A stretch of DNA of 64,000 bases from Alphaproteobacteria bacterium. Its GTDB lineage: Bacteria > Pseudomonadota > Alphaproteobacteria > UBA11073. Made by a program: the position numbers and the translations under genes. The notes below the pieces were generated by a model. That model did no database searches. It saw only the letters and a list, made by a program, of their open reading frames with translations, and had not been told where the DNA came from. The DNA is taken from assembly GCA_965246755.1 (NCBI GenBank), contig OZ251979.1, positions 649,089 to 713,088 on the forward strand. Direction: 5' to 3'. Below, in pieces: positions 46,201 to 56,184 of the stretch (its first letter is position 1; each line of letters opens with the position of its first letter).

Positions 46201-47187
46201 ATGAAACTTGCTGATTTAGATTTTTCCGACCTTTATTTGCCGATTGCCGGCCATGATGATATCGCGCGCAACCGTTTTCCATGGTTTCGCCCGCGCGCCT
46301 CAACCGGCAGCCGGGACATCCAGCATTTGTCACCCGATTATCTGGATGATGCCAATACCATCCGGGATATTTTATTGAATGCCAACAAGCAGGATTTGGG
46401 TCTGGAACATGATGGCATCCGTTACCGGGTGGCCTATGTGCCGGATGTCAACGGCCCGTGGTTTGTGCTGCGGAAAGGCGCCAAGGATATTCCTAAACTG
46501 TCGGAGCTGGGTTTGCCGCCCAAAATTATTCCGGCACTGATGGGTATCGGCCGGTCGTTCGGGTTGATTTTAATCTCGGGTTCGCCAGGCGCGGGTAAAA
46601 CCACATTGGCGACATCACTGTTGAAAGAATATCTGGATGTGTTCGGTAATGTGGCAGTAACGATCGAAGACCCGCCGGAATTGCCATTGTCCGGCATGTA
46701 TGACAAGGGCCTGTGTTACCAGATGGAAGTGGAAAACGACGATTGGGAAACCCCAATTAAGTCAGCCTTTCGTTACGCGGCACGTTACATTTACATCGGG
46801 GAAATCCGTGAGCCGGGTGCGGCGCTTGAGGCCCTCCGCGCTTGTATCCGTGGTCACCTGGTGATTGCAACCATCCACTCTTCCAAAATTGAGGAGGCGA
46901 TTGAAGTGATGGCGTCCCTCGCATCACAACGCACCCAAGCGGTGTCGGGTAACGTCTTGCTGGCGGACGGCTTCTTGGCGACGCTGCACTTAACGCTCGA
47001 TAAATCATTATTCGTGCGCGGCCTGATTGCCGGTCAATCCATGGGCGACCCGGTACGCGCGATGATCCGTGAGGGTAAGTTCGGGCAGCTGACGACCTTG
47101 GTTGAACAACAGACGGTAAAATTCTTGGGCCAGGATACCGCGGCCCAAGAATTTGAAGATGAGCGGAATACGCGGCGGCGGCGTTAG
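46201..47187 (+). CDS. Type II/IV secretion-system family ATPase (PilT/VirB11-like), orphan
   Basis: Walker A GSPGAGKTT, Asp box TIEDPPE, GEIRE and His box ATIHS; no neighbouring pilus/secretion genes. Confidence 0.6.
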   Translation: MKLADLDFSDLYLPIAGHDDIARNRFPWFRPRASTGSRDIQHLSPDYLDDANTIRDILLNANKQDLGLEHDGIRYRVAYVPDVNGPWFVLRKGAKDIPKLSELGLPPKIIPALMGIGRSFGLILISGSPGAGKTTLATSLLKEYLDVFGNVAVTIEDPPELPLSGMYDKGLCYQMEVENDDWETPIKSAFRYAARYIYIGEIREPGAALEALRACIRGHLVIATIHSSKIEEAIEVMASLASQRTQAVSGNVLLADGFLATLHLTLDKSLFVRGLIAGQSMGDPVRAMIREGKFGQLTTLVEQQTVKFLGQDTAAQEFEDERNTRRRR

Positions 47188-48083
47188 GCCAGAGGTTCAA
47201 TCTGTTGTGGAGATGGGACTGACATTGTTCGTTGGTAAGCGTCTGCAAGTTTTGGCTCAATCTTGGCAAGAATGGCAGTGATTTTTGCCGGGTCAAAATC
47301 AGGATTTTGAAAAAGTAGATCATCAACAGCAGTTGCCACTGAATGACTGTCAGGTTCGGTTGTGCGAAGAATCTCTATTAAATTGTCCATATCACCTGAA
47401 ATTGGCAAAGGTTTTTCAAGTTGAAAAGCGCGCATTTGAGTTTGAAAAAGTTTAAAATTAAGCGCGTCATTCCAAGTTTGATTGAACTGTGTACAAACTG
47501 CATCGGGGTCAGAAAAATTATCAGTTAAAAATTTTCGCAATTTTCTTAAATGAATAAGTTGTTTTTCGAAAGCATAACATTCAACGATTGCCCTGACACG
47601 TGGTTGCCAATCTATCTGGGATACTAAAGTTTTTGGCACCCGAGATCGCACATCAGATAAAATATTTTCAACGTCATCAAAGTCAGTGCCGCTGTAAATT
47701 TTTATAGTTGCAAAATTATCATTACAATAGCCTATAACTATGATTTCCGGTACCGTTCCGCCATCTTGATAAGATATAGTGGATGGTTGCTGGCCAGTCT
47801 GTAAACCGAATATTTTAAAAATTTTTTCATACATTGTGGCGCGCAGACACATGGCTTTTGGGAATTTTTGTGAATAATTTTGTGTAAATCCTAATGTTGC
47901 ATCATTCTCACCTGTCAGCGCTTGTGCGGCATGTTGCTTGAGAGCAATTGAAAATAGACGCGCATCGATTGCACGTAACGTAATAATTTGCGCAGTATGC
48001 AACGCCACGCGCTCTTGCGCGCGCCGCCGCCAAAATGTCTTAAGTGTTGCAAGGGGATTTTGCATATATCTATTATCTTGCAA
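47184..48083 (-). CDS. Hypothetical protein (299 aa, low-GC island)
   Basis: No recognisable domain; ~38% GC. Confidence 0.3.
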   Translation of the reverse strand: MQDNRYMQNPLATLKTFWRRRAQERVALHTAQIITLRAIDARLFSIALKQHAAQALTGENDATLGFTQNYSQKFPKAMCLRATMYEKIFKIFGLQTGQQPSTISYQDGGTVPEIIVIGYCNDNFATIKIYSGTDFDDVENILSDVRSRVPKTLVSQIDWQPRVRAIVECYAFEKQLIHLRKLRKFLTDNFSDPDAVCTQFNQTWNDALNFKLFQTQMRAFQLEKPLPISGDMDNLIEILRTTEPDSHSVATAVDDLLFQNPDFDPAKITAILAKIEPKLADAYQRTMSVPSPQQIEPLA

Positions 48084-48178
48084 GTAATTCTGCCTGTCTA
48101 GAAAATTAGTGTTGCTAGACTGGCGCTAGAAGTCATCCAAAGCACATCCCCGGGGACAACAACTGACAGAATTGTGCC

Positions 48179-50833
48179 TCAACCCCCACTAATCTGCGAC
48201 AGTGCGGCGGTGATGCGCGCGTAATGATCCTGCGCTGCGGCCAGTTTTTCATTTTGCTCGTCAATGATTTCGTCTGGCGCGCGGGCGCGGAAACCGTCAT
48301 CGGCGAGGCGCGTTTGAATGCCATCGATTTCCTGCTGAAACTTGCCGGCGTTTTTGGAGAGGCGCGCGGTTTCGGCAGTGAGGTCAATCACGCCCTCCAA
48401 TGGTAAAATAAACAAGGCGCCATCGAGCGGGATCTGCGCATTGGCGCTGCCGGTGGGTTTGGCAAGGGTAATGTCGGTCAAACGCGCCAGGCGTTTCAGG
48501 ATTGGCGCATACTGGTTTAACCGCAGGCTTGTTTGATTATCAATGTCTACGACATTGAGGGGGATCAAATTACCGGCTGGGACATTGAGCGTGGTGCGCG
48601 TGGAGCGGATGGCGGTGATCGCGGTAATCAACCAATCGATTTCCGCAGTAGCCGCCGCATCCACCAGATTACTATTGAACTGCGGCCAACCTTGCGTCTG
48701 CAACAGCGATGTTTCGCTGTACAGTTCCGCCCATAATTCTTCGGTGACAAACGGCATGATGGGATGCAGCAAATGCAGAATTTGCCGGATGACATAACTG
48801 GCAGTGGCGCGCACTTCGGCGCCCGCGGCATGCCCGTCGGTCTGCAAAATTGGCTTCGCCAATTCGACATACCAGTCGCAGAAACCATGCCAGATGAATT
48901 CATACAAGGTTGTGGCCGCATCATTAAAACGGTAATCATCCAGCGCGGTGGTGACGGCCTGCGCGGTTTGCGCAAGCTTGCCGATAATCCATTTATTAAG
49001 CGTATCCTGCGCGGCCTCAGGTGGGAAAGATGGCGTGTAAGCGCAGCCGTTCATCTGGCAAAAACGCGCCGCGTTCCACAATTTGGTCGCGAAATTGCGT
49101 GACAGCTCGACGCGCTGCGGCGACAGTTTAATATCGCGGCCCTGGCCCGCCATCGCGGTCAGGGTAAAGCGCAGCGCATCCGCGCCGTAATCATCAATAA
49201 TCGCGAGCGGGTCAATGACGTTGCCCTTGGATTTTGACATTTTGGCGCCGCTTTCATCGCGCACCAGCGCGTGGATATAAATGGTTTTGAATGGCACCTG
49301 TTGCATGAAATACAGCGACATCATCATCATCCGCGCGACCCAGAAAAAAATAATGTCAAAGCCGGTAATAAGGACATTGCCGGGATAATAGGCGGCAAGG
49401 TCCGGTGTCTGGTCCGGCCAGCCCAAGGTGGAAAACGGCCACAGGCCGGATGAAAACCAGGTGTCAAAGACATCGGGATCTTGCTGTAATTTTACGCCCG
49501 CGCCAGCCTGCGCCTGCGCCGCGGCTGCGGTTTCAGCCACATAAATTTTACCATCGTCGCCGTGCCAGGCCGGGATTTGATGCCCCCACCACAGCTGGCG
49601 CGAGATGCACCAGGGCTGGATATTATCAAGCCATTCGAAATAAGTTTTCTCCCAATTTTTGGGCACAAATTCGGTTTGGCCGTTGCGCACGGCGGCCAGC
49701 GCCGGCTTGGCCAGCGTTGCGGCATCGACGAACCACTGGTCGGTCAGCATCGGCTCCACCGGCACGCCGCCGCGTTCGCTGTGCGGCACATTATGGGTGT
49801 GCGGCTGCGCCTCAACCAGTAAGTCCTGCGCCTCTAAATCAGCGACAATTTTTTTGCGCGCGTCAAACCGGTCGAGGCCGGCGTAAGTAGCGGGAACATC
49901 TTCAGTGACAATGCGGCCTTGCAAATCCAATATGGCAATTTGCGCGAGCTGGTGTTTTTGGCCCAAGGCATAATCGTTGAAATCATGCGCGGGCGTGACC
50001 TTCATGGCGCCGGTACCCAGCGCGGGATCGACATAATCATCGGCGATAATCGGCAGGTGACGCCCGACCAGCGGCAACTCCACCTGTTTGCCAATCAAAT
50101 GTTTATAACGTTCATCATCCGGATGCACAACAATTGCGACATCGCCCAGCATGGTCTCGGGCCGCGTGGTAGCAATGGTGACAAAGGTATCCGCCTCACC
50201 CACAATCGGATAGCGGATGTGATAGAGATAGCCTTTAATTTCCTTTTGCTGCACCTCGATATCGGAAATCGCGGTTTGCAGTTTGGGGTCCCAATTGACC
50301 AGCCGTTTGGCGCGGTAGATAAGGCCATCATTATACATGGTGACAAAAGCGTGCGTGACAGCCTTGGATAGGCCATCGTCCATCGTAAAACGTTCGCGGC
50401 TCCAATCCGGCAGTGCGCCCAAGCGGCGCAATTGCCCGGTAATCGTCGCGCCGGATTTTTCTTTCCACGCCCATACGCGTTCCAGAAATTTCGCGCGGCC
50501 CAGGTCGCGGCGGTTTTCGCCGCTTTCGGCCAGTTGGCGTTCCACGACCATTTGCGTGGCGATCCCCGCATGGTCGGTGCCGGGCAGCCATAAGACATTG
50601 TCACCCAGCATGCGGTGATAACGCGTTAAGATATCCTGCAATGTCATATTCAGCGCATGGCCCATATGCAGACTGCCGGTCACATTCGGCGGCGGCATCA
50701 TAATGGTAAAGGGTTTGGTGGCGCTGTCTGCACGCGCGGCATGGTGGCGGTTGGCCTCCCATTTCTGATACAGGCGCGGTTCCGCGGTGGCGGCGTCGAA
50801 AGTTTTGGGGAGTTCTGCGGATGGCAATGTCAT
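48179..50833 (-). CDS. valS: Valine--tRNA ligase
   Basis: 884 aa; HIGH (PPPNVTGSLHMGHA) and KMSKS motifs; C-terminal coiled coil. Confidence 0.97.
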   Translation of the reverse strand: MTLPSAELPKTFDAATAEPRLYQKWEANRHHAARADSATKPFTIMMPPPNVTGSLHMGHALNMTLQDILTRYHRMLGDNVLWLPGTDHAGIATQMVVERQLAESGENRRDLGRAKFLERVWAWKEKSGATITGQLRRLGALPDWSRERFTMDDGLSKAVTHAFVTMYNDGLIYRAKRLVNWDPKLQTAISDIEVQQKEIKGYLYHIRYPIVGEADTFVTIATTRPETMLGDVAIVVHPDDERYKHLIGKQVELPLVGRHLPIIADDYVDPALGTGAMKVTPAHDFNDYALGQKHQLAQIAILDLQGRIVTEDVPATYAGLDRFDARKKIVADLEAQDLLVEAQPHTHNVPHSERGGVPVEPMLTDQWFVDAATLAKPALAAVRNGQTEFVPKNWEKTYFEWLDNIQPWCISRQLWWGHQIPAWHGDDGKIYVAETAAAAQAQAGAGVKLQQDPDVFDTWFSSGLWPFSTLGWPDQTPDLAAYYPGNVLITGFDIIFFWVARMMMMSLYFMQQVPFKTIYIHALVRDESGAKMSKSKGNVIDPLAIIDDYGADALRFTLTAMAGQGRDIKLSPQRVELSRNFATKLWNAARFCQMNGCAYTPSFPPEAAQDTLNKWIIGKLAQTAQAVTTALDDYRFNDAATTLYEFIWHGFCDWYVELAKPILQTDGHAAGAEVRATASYVIRQILHLLHPIMPFVTEELWAELYSETSLLQTQGWPQFNSNLVDAAATAEIDWLITAITAIRSTRTTLNVPAGNLIPLNVVDIDNQTSLRLNQYAPILKRLARLTDITLAKPTGSANAQIPLDGALFILPLEGVIDLTAETARLSKNAGKFQQEIDGIQTRLADDGFRARAPDEIIDEQNEKLAAAQDHYARITAALSQISGG

Positions 50834-50880
50834 GCCAATACCATAACGGCAGACAGATGCCTAATTCAAGTGGCTGTATC

Positions 50881-51096
50881 TTAATCCAACGTGCAGCGTA
50901 GTGGCATGTTGCAGCCATAATTCGCAACGCGGTTTTTGGCTTGAAGCTGGGCCGCCTCTAAATAAAGATAGGATGGCGCACATCCATCTATCGTTAATTT
51001 AGCGGCTTCGATAAGAATTTCGAGGGCTGCAATGCTACCGCTATTTTCGATGCGACGCACCAGGAGGGGTGTGATTAAATCGTTCGGTTTATGCAT
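50881..51096 (-). CDS. Small hypothetical protein (71 aa)
   Basis: ORF only. Confidence 0.2.
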   Translation of the reverse strand: MHKPNDLITPLLVRRIENSGSIAALEILIEAAKLTIDGCAPSYLYLEAAQLQAKNRVANYGCNMPLRCTLD

Positions 51097-51120
51097 TGTA
51101 CTAGTCTCCCAAAGAATTAT

Positions 51121-51735
51121 TTAATCATCCTGCGCGCGCCTGGACATGCGCGCCAGTTCTTTTTCAACCAGCCGTTCCACCAGATGCGGCAGGTTCTGGT
51201 CCAGCCAGTCGCGCAGCAGTGGACGCAGCAAGTCTTCCACCACATCTTCCATCGTGCGCGCGGTTACCAGCGGGTTGCCGCCGATAATCTGCATGGCTTT
51301 GGGCGTGGCAGCCTCAGTCAAACGTGCCATCGCGGCGGTCGCAGCGGCGGCGGCCGGCGCGGAAATCAGGTCACTGTCGATAGCGGAAGACATCGGTATG
51401 GCTAGGCTGACGGGCGGTTCAGCCGCATGTGCATTAGCCAGATCTTCCATGTCCAGATTCCAATCATCGGCAGTCTCGTCGCTGGCAGGTGGGGCAGGGT
51501 CAGTCACGGCAACATCCTCTTCCAGATAAGCGCCGAGGTCCAGCGCGTCATCTTCATTGTCATCATTAGCTGTGGCCGCATAATTGTTAGCTGTTTCCGG
51601 CAGCGGCAGGTCACCCAAGGGCGCCGCCGCTTCGCCTTCGGCACCAGGCTCGTCAGAAATAATTTTGCGGATCGACGCCAGGATTTCCTCAATCGATGGT
51701 TCTTCAGCAGGGGCGGCTGGGGCGGCGTCACTCAT
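51121..51735 (-). CDS. DUF2497 family protein
   Basis: Conserved N-terminal EPSIEEILASIRKIISDE and C-terminal LLRPLLRDWLDQNLPHLVERLV blocks; conserved neighbour of valS in alphaproteobacteria. Confidence 0.55.
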   Translation of the reverse strand: MSDAAPAAPAEEPSIEEILASIRKIISDEPGAEGEAAAPLGDLPLPETANNYAATANDDNEDDALDLGAYLEEDVAVTDPAPPASDETADDWNLDMEDLANAHAAEPPVSLAIPMSSAIDSDLISAPAAAAATAAMARLTEAATPKAMQIIGGNPLVTARTMEDVVEDLLRPLLRDWLDQNLPHLVERLVEKELARMSRRAQDD

Positions 51736-51749
51736 AATTTTCTTTTACG

Positions 51750-52349
51750 CTAAAAGACACGATAGATAAAGAACATAGATTCACCGCTGTCCCAATTACC
51801 GTTGCTGTTGGCATCATAATAAACGCAGTCAAAGGTACTTTTGTTGGCGGCCATTGCCGTGCTTAAATTCGTGGTACTGGCGGACGGCACCGGCATCGCA
51901 TTGGTGCCGCGTGCAATCCGCGCCACGGCATTACAGACGCCGTTATCGGTAAGGCTGGCGGCCAGACTGTCAAAGGCGGTGCCGCGCGCCGCCCAGGCAA
52001 CATTAGAGATCGGCACGGCGGTAAAATAAAAATCCGTGGTGTCTTTAAGCCCATTGGCATAACTGTCCAGCCGCGGCAGGCGGTCGAGATACAAGCCGGT
52101 GCCCGTTGACATTAAATCGGTGGCGGTGCCATCCGACCAATCCTTGTCATTTGGCAAGGTGCGGATGCCGTTGTTGCTGCGGCTCCAGCTGAACAAGGCC
52201 TGGGAGACTTTAGCGGCCTGGGCGATGAGTTCAGTCGCGCGCGCTTCGGCACGTGCCTCGTAATAAGCAGCGCCGCCGTAATTGATGCCGGCCGCCAATA
52301 AGGCCGCACCCATGCCGATTGCCAATAATGTAATCAGCAAATTGGCCAT
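51750..52349 (-). CDS. Hypothetical membrane-anchored protein (199 aa)
   Basis: N-terminal TM (LLITLLAIGMGAALLAAG); no domain call. Confidence 0.3.
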   Translation of the reverse strand: MANLLITLLAIGMGAALLAAGINYGGAAYYEARAEARATELIAQAAKVSQALFSWSRSNNGIRTLPNDKDWSDGTATDLMSTGTGLYLDRLPRLDSYANGLKDTTDFYFTAVPISNVAWAARGTAFDSLAASLTDNGVCNAVARIARGTNAMPVPSASTTNLSTAMAANKSTFDCVYYDANSNGNWDSGESMFFIYRVF

Positions 52350-53050
52350 TAAAACACGAAATGCGGCGGGTCGGCAAAGTCGGGCAGATAGCTGGCCATG
52401 CCGTCACAGATGATGCGGCGTGATAAGGTGTTATGCAGTTTCAAATATGACATGCCGCGCAGTGTGTGCTGTTCGTCCGGAAACACGCCGATGATTTTAC
52501 CGCCATCGGTTAGCTGTTTTTCATAAGCCTCGGGGATAAAATCCGCCGCGCCGCACATGATGATAATGTCATAGGGGCCGAGGCGCGGCCAGCCTTTGGT
52601 AATGGGGCCGGTCTTGACGGTGACATTATCAATCTGTTGTTGTGTCAGAATATTGCGCAATTGTTTGCTGTCGTCACCATTATGCGACAAGGCGACCACA
52701 GTCTTGAAACAGGCAGCGGCGATGGCAGCCGGATAACCGCTGCCGCTGCAGATAACGAGCGCGGTTTCTGTGGTGGCGGGCTGCGCGGCATTGAACAGTT
52801 TTGCCAGCAGGGTTGGCGACATTAAAAATTGCCCGTCACCCCATTGCAATTCACGGTCGTTATAGGCCAGGGGCGCCAGGTCCGCGGGCACATAAGTTTC
52901 GCGCGGCACTGTGGCGAAAGCCTGTAAAACACGCGGCTCCACCACCGCATTGGGTTTGATCTGGCCTTCGAACATCGCCAACCGCGCGGCGGCATGGTCG
53001 AGATCCGGAAAGCCGGGGCGCAGTGCAGGGAGGACAGACATGGCGTTCAT
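52349..53050 (-). CDS. pcm: Protein-L-isoaspartate O-methyltransferase-like SAM methyltransferase
   Basis: SAM-binding motif region (ALVICSGSGYPAAIAAAC); conserved position near valS/DUF2497. Confidence 0.5.
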   Translation of the reverse strand: MNAMSVLPALRPGFPDLDHAAARLAMFEGQIKPNAVVEPRVLQAFATVPRETYVPADLAPLAYNDRELQWGDGQFLMSPTLLAKLFNAAQPATTETALVICSGSGYPAAIAAACFKTVVALSHNGDDSKQLRNILTQQQIDNVTVKTGPITKGWPRLGPYDIIIMCGAADFIPEAYEKQLTDGGKIIGVFPDEQHTLRGMSYLKLHNTLSRRIICDGMASYLPDFADPPHFVF

Positions 53051-53180
53051 AAGACCTTATGCCTCAAAAACTCTTAGGGGTGAAGACGCCATGTCAGAAA
53101 TCAGAAAACAGAAGCCAGAAATTTTTGTTGAATTTGAAGGACATTTCTGTCTTCTGTCTTCTGACTTCTGTTTTATGTAT

Positions 53181-53254
53181 GGTGCGTTGGCGGAATGGTT
53201 ACGTAGAGGACTGCAAATCCTCGTATGCCGGTTCGATTCCGGCACGCACCTCCA
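53181..53254 (+). tRNA. tRNA-Cys (GCA)
   Basis: Cloverleaf: acceptor GGTGCGT/ACGCACC, anticodon arm GAGGA-CTGCAAA-TCCTC, T-arm GCCGG-TTCGATT-CCGGC, discriminator T and encoded CCA. Confidence 0.85.
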
Positions 53255-53413
53255 ACCTACGCAAAGGAAGCACTGCATAGACAGACAGCCGATATCCGCT
53301 TGCTTCGGTTGGCGGTCACTTCCATATTTAAAAATCCGAACAAAAAGCAGTCATCAGAAAAGGACTTGAAAATATTCTAACGAGTGTTTACTGGATACCG
53401 CTTATTGCCCTGT

Positions 53414-53488
53414 TCCTCGGTAGCTCAGCGGTAGAGCAAGCGACTGTTAATCGCTTGGTCGCAGGTTCGAATCCTGCCCGGGGAGCCA
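53414..53488 (+). tRNA. tRNA-Asn (GTT)
   Basis: TCCTCGGTAGCTCAGCGGTAGAGCA...anticodon loop CTGTTAA...T-arm GCAGG-TTCGAAT-CCTGC, 3' CCGGGGA-G-CCA; matches alphaproteobacterial tRNA-Asn. Confidence 0.85.
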
Positions 53489-53830
53489 ATTTTCTTTTCA
53501 AACTATTCTCATATGAAATTAGCGGTCCCCTCGGGCAGCCAGTTTCTGGGCGGATTTGCGAGAAAAGCTTGTGCGTTTTCGCCAGGCTCCCGAAGCCGAT
53601 ATTGTGCCGTTTAACTCTCAAAACGGTTTATCCTCTCAAAAGGCTCGGTACATCTGTGCTGCATATACCAAGATAAAAGTCACAAGGTTTCAAGAATTTA
53701 AGTAAAATACTGTTGTTAGTGCATTCGCTAAGCGGTTTTGTCGGCACATTGTCCACAATGCCGCATATCGTGTAAAATAACGAGCAATAGGGCTCATACG
53801 GCTTCAAGCGCGTTTCGGTTAATTTTAACC

Positions 53831-53998
53831 ATGACAGACGATGAACAAACGATAGATGCCGCCACTGAAATCATAAATTTGTTAGCGTTGGCAATCCTGC
53901 GTTTGCGCCAAAAACAGTTGGTGCCAACTGGGCAGAAAAACCTGGACTTCACGCCGCAACGAAGCATTCGTGTCCTAAGCCGAGGCACTGATGAATAA
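53831..53998 (+). CDS. Small hypothetical protein preceding DUF2924 gene
   Basis: Start chosen at internal ATG (MTDDEQTID...); overlaps next gene start. Confidence 0.3.
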   Translation: MTDDEQTIDAATEIINLLALAILRLRQKQLVPTGQKNLDFTPQRSIRVLSRGTDE

Positions 53999-54437
53999 CC
54001 AACTTTTAGCCCAAATCGCTTCACTCGAAAATATGCCAATCGGGCCATTGAAGCAGCTATGGTATGATTTATACAAAACCGACGCACCCCCGTTCAACCG
54101 ACGCTATCTAACCGACAGGCTTATTTACCGTCTGCAGGAGCTGGCATGGGATGGCGATACAGATCTCTTGAACAAGCGTATGTCGGCTATGTTGAAAACG
54201 CGTTTGAGCGAGGATGGTAAATCAGCGCGCAAGCAAAAAGTCTATCGACCACCGGTGGGCACCAAGCTGACACGCGTTTACAAAAACCTTGAATATCATG
54301 TGACCGTGCTGAATGATGGCTTCGCTTTCGAAGGCCGCAAATATAAAAGCCTGTCGCGCATCGCGCATATTATCACCGGTATGAGTTGGTCCGGCCCCGA
54401 TTTCTTTGGCATGAAACAACAAAAGGCACGGCTATGA
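53991..54437 (+). CDS. DUF2924 family protein (serine-recombinase accessory)
   Basis: 148 aa; RRYLTDRLIYRLQELAW...KYKSLSRIAHIITGMSWSGPDFFG pattern; sits upstream of and overlapping a large serine recombinase. Confidence 0.55.
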   Translation: MNNQLLAQIASLENMPIGPLKQLWYDLYKTDAPPFNRRYLTDRLIYRLQELAWDGDTDLLNKRMSAMLKTRLSEDGKSARKQKVYRPPVGTKLTRVYKNLEYHVTVLNDGFAFEGRKYKSLSRIAHIITGMSWSGPDFFGMKQQKARL

Positions 54438-55777
54438 GTGAGCTTAAACGCCGGGTCCGCTGCGCGGTCTATACCCGTAAATCCAGTGAAGAAGGTTTAG
54501 AACAAGAGTTTAATTCGTTGGATGCCCAACGTGAAGCTGGAGAAGCATATATCGCATCGCAGCGGCATGAGGGCTGGATACTGGTGCCAGATTATTATGA
54601 TGATGGTGGATTTTCAGGCGGTACTATGGAGCGCCCAGCTTTAAAAAGACTGATAAACGATATTAAGGCCGGTTTAATCGATGTGGTCGTCATTTATAAG
54701 ATGGACCGGCTGTCGCGGGTGCAATTGGACTTTTTAAAAATGCTTGCTTTATTCGAAGAGCATAATGTTAGTTTTGTCTCGGTCACGCAGTTTTTTAATA
54801 CCAAAGACGCGATGGGTAAACTGATGCTGAATGTGTTGACGGCTTTCGCGCAGTTCGAACGCGACGTCACCGGCGAGCGCATCCGTGACAAAGTTGCCGC
54901 CTCTAAACGCAAAGGCATGTGGATGGGCGGTTTTTTGCCATTGGGTTACGATGTAGTCAACCGCAAGCTCATTATTAATGAAGATGAAGCTGCCCATGTT
55001 AAATGGATTTTTGAGCGTTATATAACATTGCGTTCCACCACCATGTTAATGCGGGAGGCGCGCATACGCGGCGTTAAAACCAAATCATTCATTACACAAA
55101 ATGGTAATACGAAAATAGGAAGGTTTTTAACCAAGGATCAAATATACCGAATTTTACAAAATCGCATTTACCTGGGTGAAATTATTCATAAAGACAAAGT
55201 ATATGATGGTTTACATGAGCCCATCATATCCAAAGGCTTATTTGATGAGGCCAGATCAATTATACAGATTTATCCTGGCAGACGCGGCAAAACGTCGTTC
55301 TCAAAAACACCTGCGCTCTTAAAAGGCTTGGTTTATTGCGGGGCGGGTTGTAATTCCGCAATGTCGCCAGTACACACACGGAAAAATGGCAAACTTTATC
55401 GTTATTACAAGGCTAATAGAGTTGTCAAAAGTGCTTGCGAAAGTTGTCCGATAGCAGCAGTGCCGGCGGGCGACTTGGAGGCGCGCGTCATGGATTACTT
55501 GCAGCAAATATTTAAAGCACCCGATGTCATCGTTAAAACCTGGGCTGCTGCATACAGTCACGATAAATCCATAACCGAACACGATGTCAAAAAAGCGTTA
55601 AACCACATCGGACCAGTTTGGAAAGAACTATTTCCGGTTGAACAAGCCAGAATTGTTAACCTTTTAATCGAAAAAATTATGATTGATAAAGAGGGCATGA
55701 ATATTCACATGTGCGCCGAAAATCTTCATAAGCTGGCGCGTGATTTCTCATCACTGCAAACACGGAACGCGGCATGA
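54434..55777 (+). CDS. Large serine recombinase (integrase)
   Basis: Resolvase catalytic domain (CAVYTRKSSEEGLEQEFNSLDAQRE, VVVIYKMDRLSRV), recombinase domain and zinc-ribbon-like Cys cluster (CGAGCNSAM...CESCP); start at MSELKRR overlapping DUF2924 stop. Confidence 0.8.
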   Translation: MSELKRRVRCAVYTRKSSEEGLEQEFNSLDAQREAGEAYIASQRHEGWILVPDYYDDGGFSGGTMERPALKRLINDIKAGLIDVVVIYKMDRLSRVQLDFLKMLALFEEHNVSFVSVTQFFNTKDAMGKLMLNVLTAFAQFERDVTGERIRDKVAASKRKGMWMGGFLPLGYDVVNRKLIINEDEAAHVKWIFERYITLRSTTMLMREARIRGVKTKSFITQNGNTKIGRFLTKDQIYRILQNRIYLGEIIHKDKVYDGLHEPIISKGLFDEARSIIQIYPGRRGKTSFSKTPALLKGLVYCGAGCNSAMSPVHTRKNGKLYRYYKANRVVKSACESCPIAAVPAGDLEARVMDYLQQIFKAPDVIVKTWAAAYSHDKSITEHDVKKALNHIGPVWKELFPVEQARIVNLLIEKIMIDKEGMNIHMCAENLHKLARDFSSLQTRNAA

Positions 55778-56184
55778 TTATTAAAAGATTGTCACTCCAA
55801 CCTGAAAAAATAGTCGTTCGTATTGAGGCGCGGATTGCGACAATTAATGGTAGAAGGCGTATCCTTACTTCGAACACGCTGCCAAACGTCAAGACCGCAG
55901 CAGAGGCAGAAGCCAACACTGCGTTGGTAAGAGCGGTGTTACGCGCGCATCAATGCAACGATTATTTGCTATCCGGCAAATACAAGTCGATTAGCGAATT
56001 AGCTGATAAAGAACAGATTAACCGTACACATCTAGGACGTTTGATGCGCTTGAATTTATTATCGCCACAAGTGAAAGAGGCCATTCTCAATAATATGCTT
56101 ACGGATCCGCCAAAGCTCATCACGCTTTTTCAGGGATTTCCATTGTTATGGGAAGAACAGAAGAAATATTTTGGTCTTAGTTAG
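55774..56184 (+). CDS. Hypothetical DNA-binding-like protein, third member of the recombinase trio
   Basis: 136 aa; HTH-like SISELADKEQINRTHLGRLMRL; coupled to recombinase stop. Confidence 0.35.
   Translation: MIIKRLSLQPEKIVVRIEARIATINGRRRILTSNTLPNVKTAAEAEANTALVRAVLRAHQCNDYLLSGKYKSISELADKEQINRTHLGRLMRLNLLSPQVKEAILNNMLTDPPKLITLFQGFPLLWEEQKKYFGLS

Noticed and set aside
53093-53171. Hairpin upstream of tRNA-Cys as an additional tRNA or tmRNA
   Set aside because: No cloverleaf, no acceptor/T-arm features; a simple long stem-loop.
53059-53280. Track ORF 53059-53280 (73 aa) and 53455-53676 (73 aa) as protein genes
   Set aside because: They are read through the tRNA-Cys and tRNA-Asn genes respectively; the tRNAs explain the sequence.
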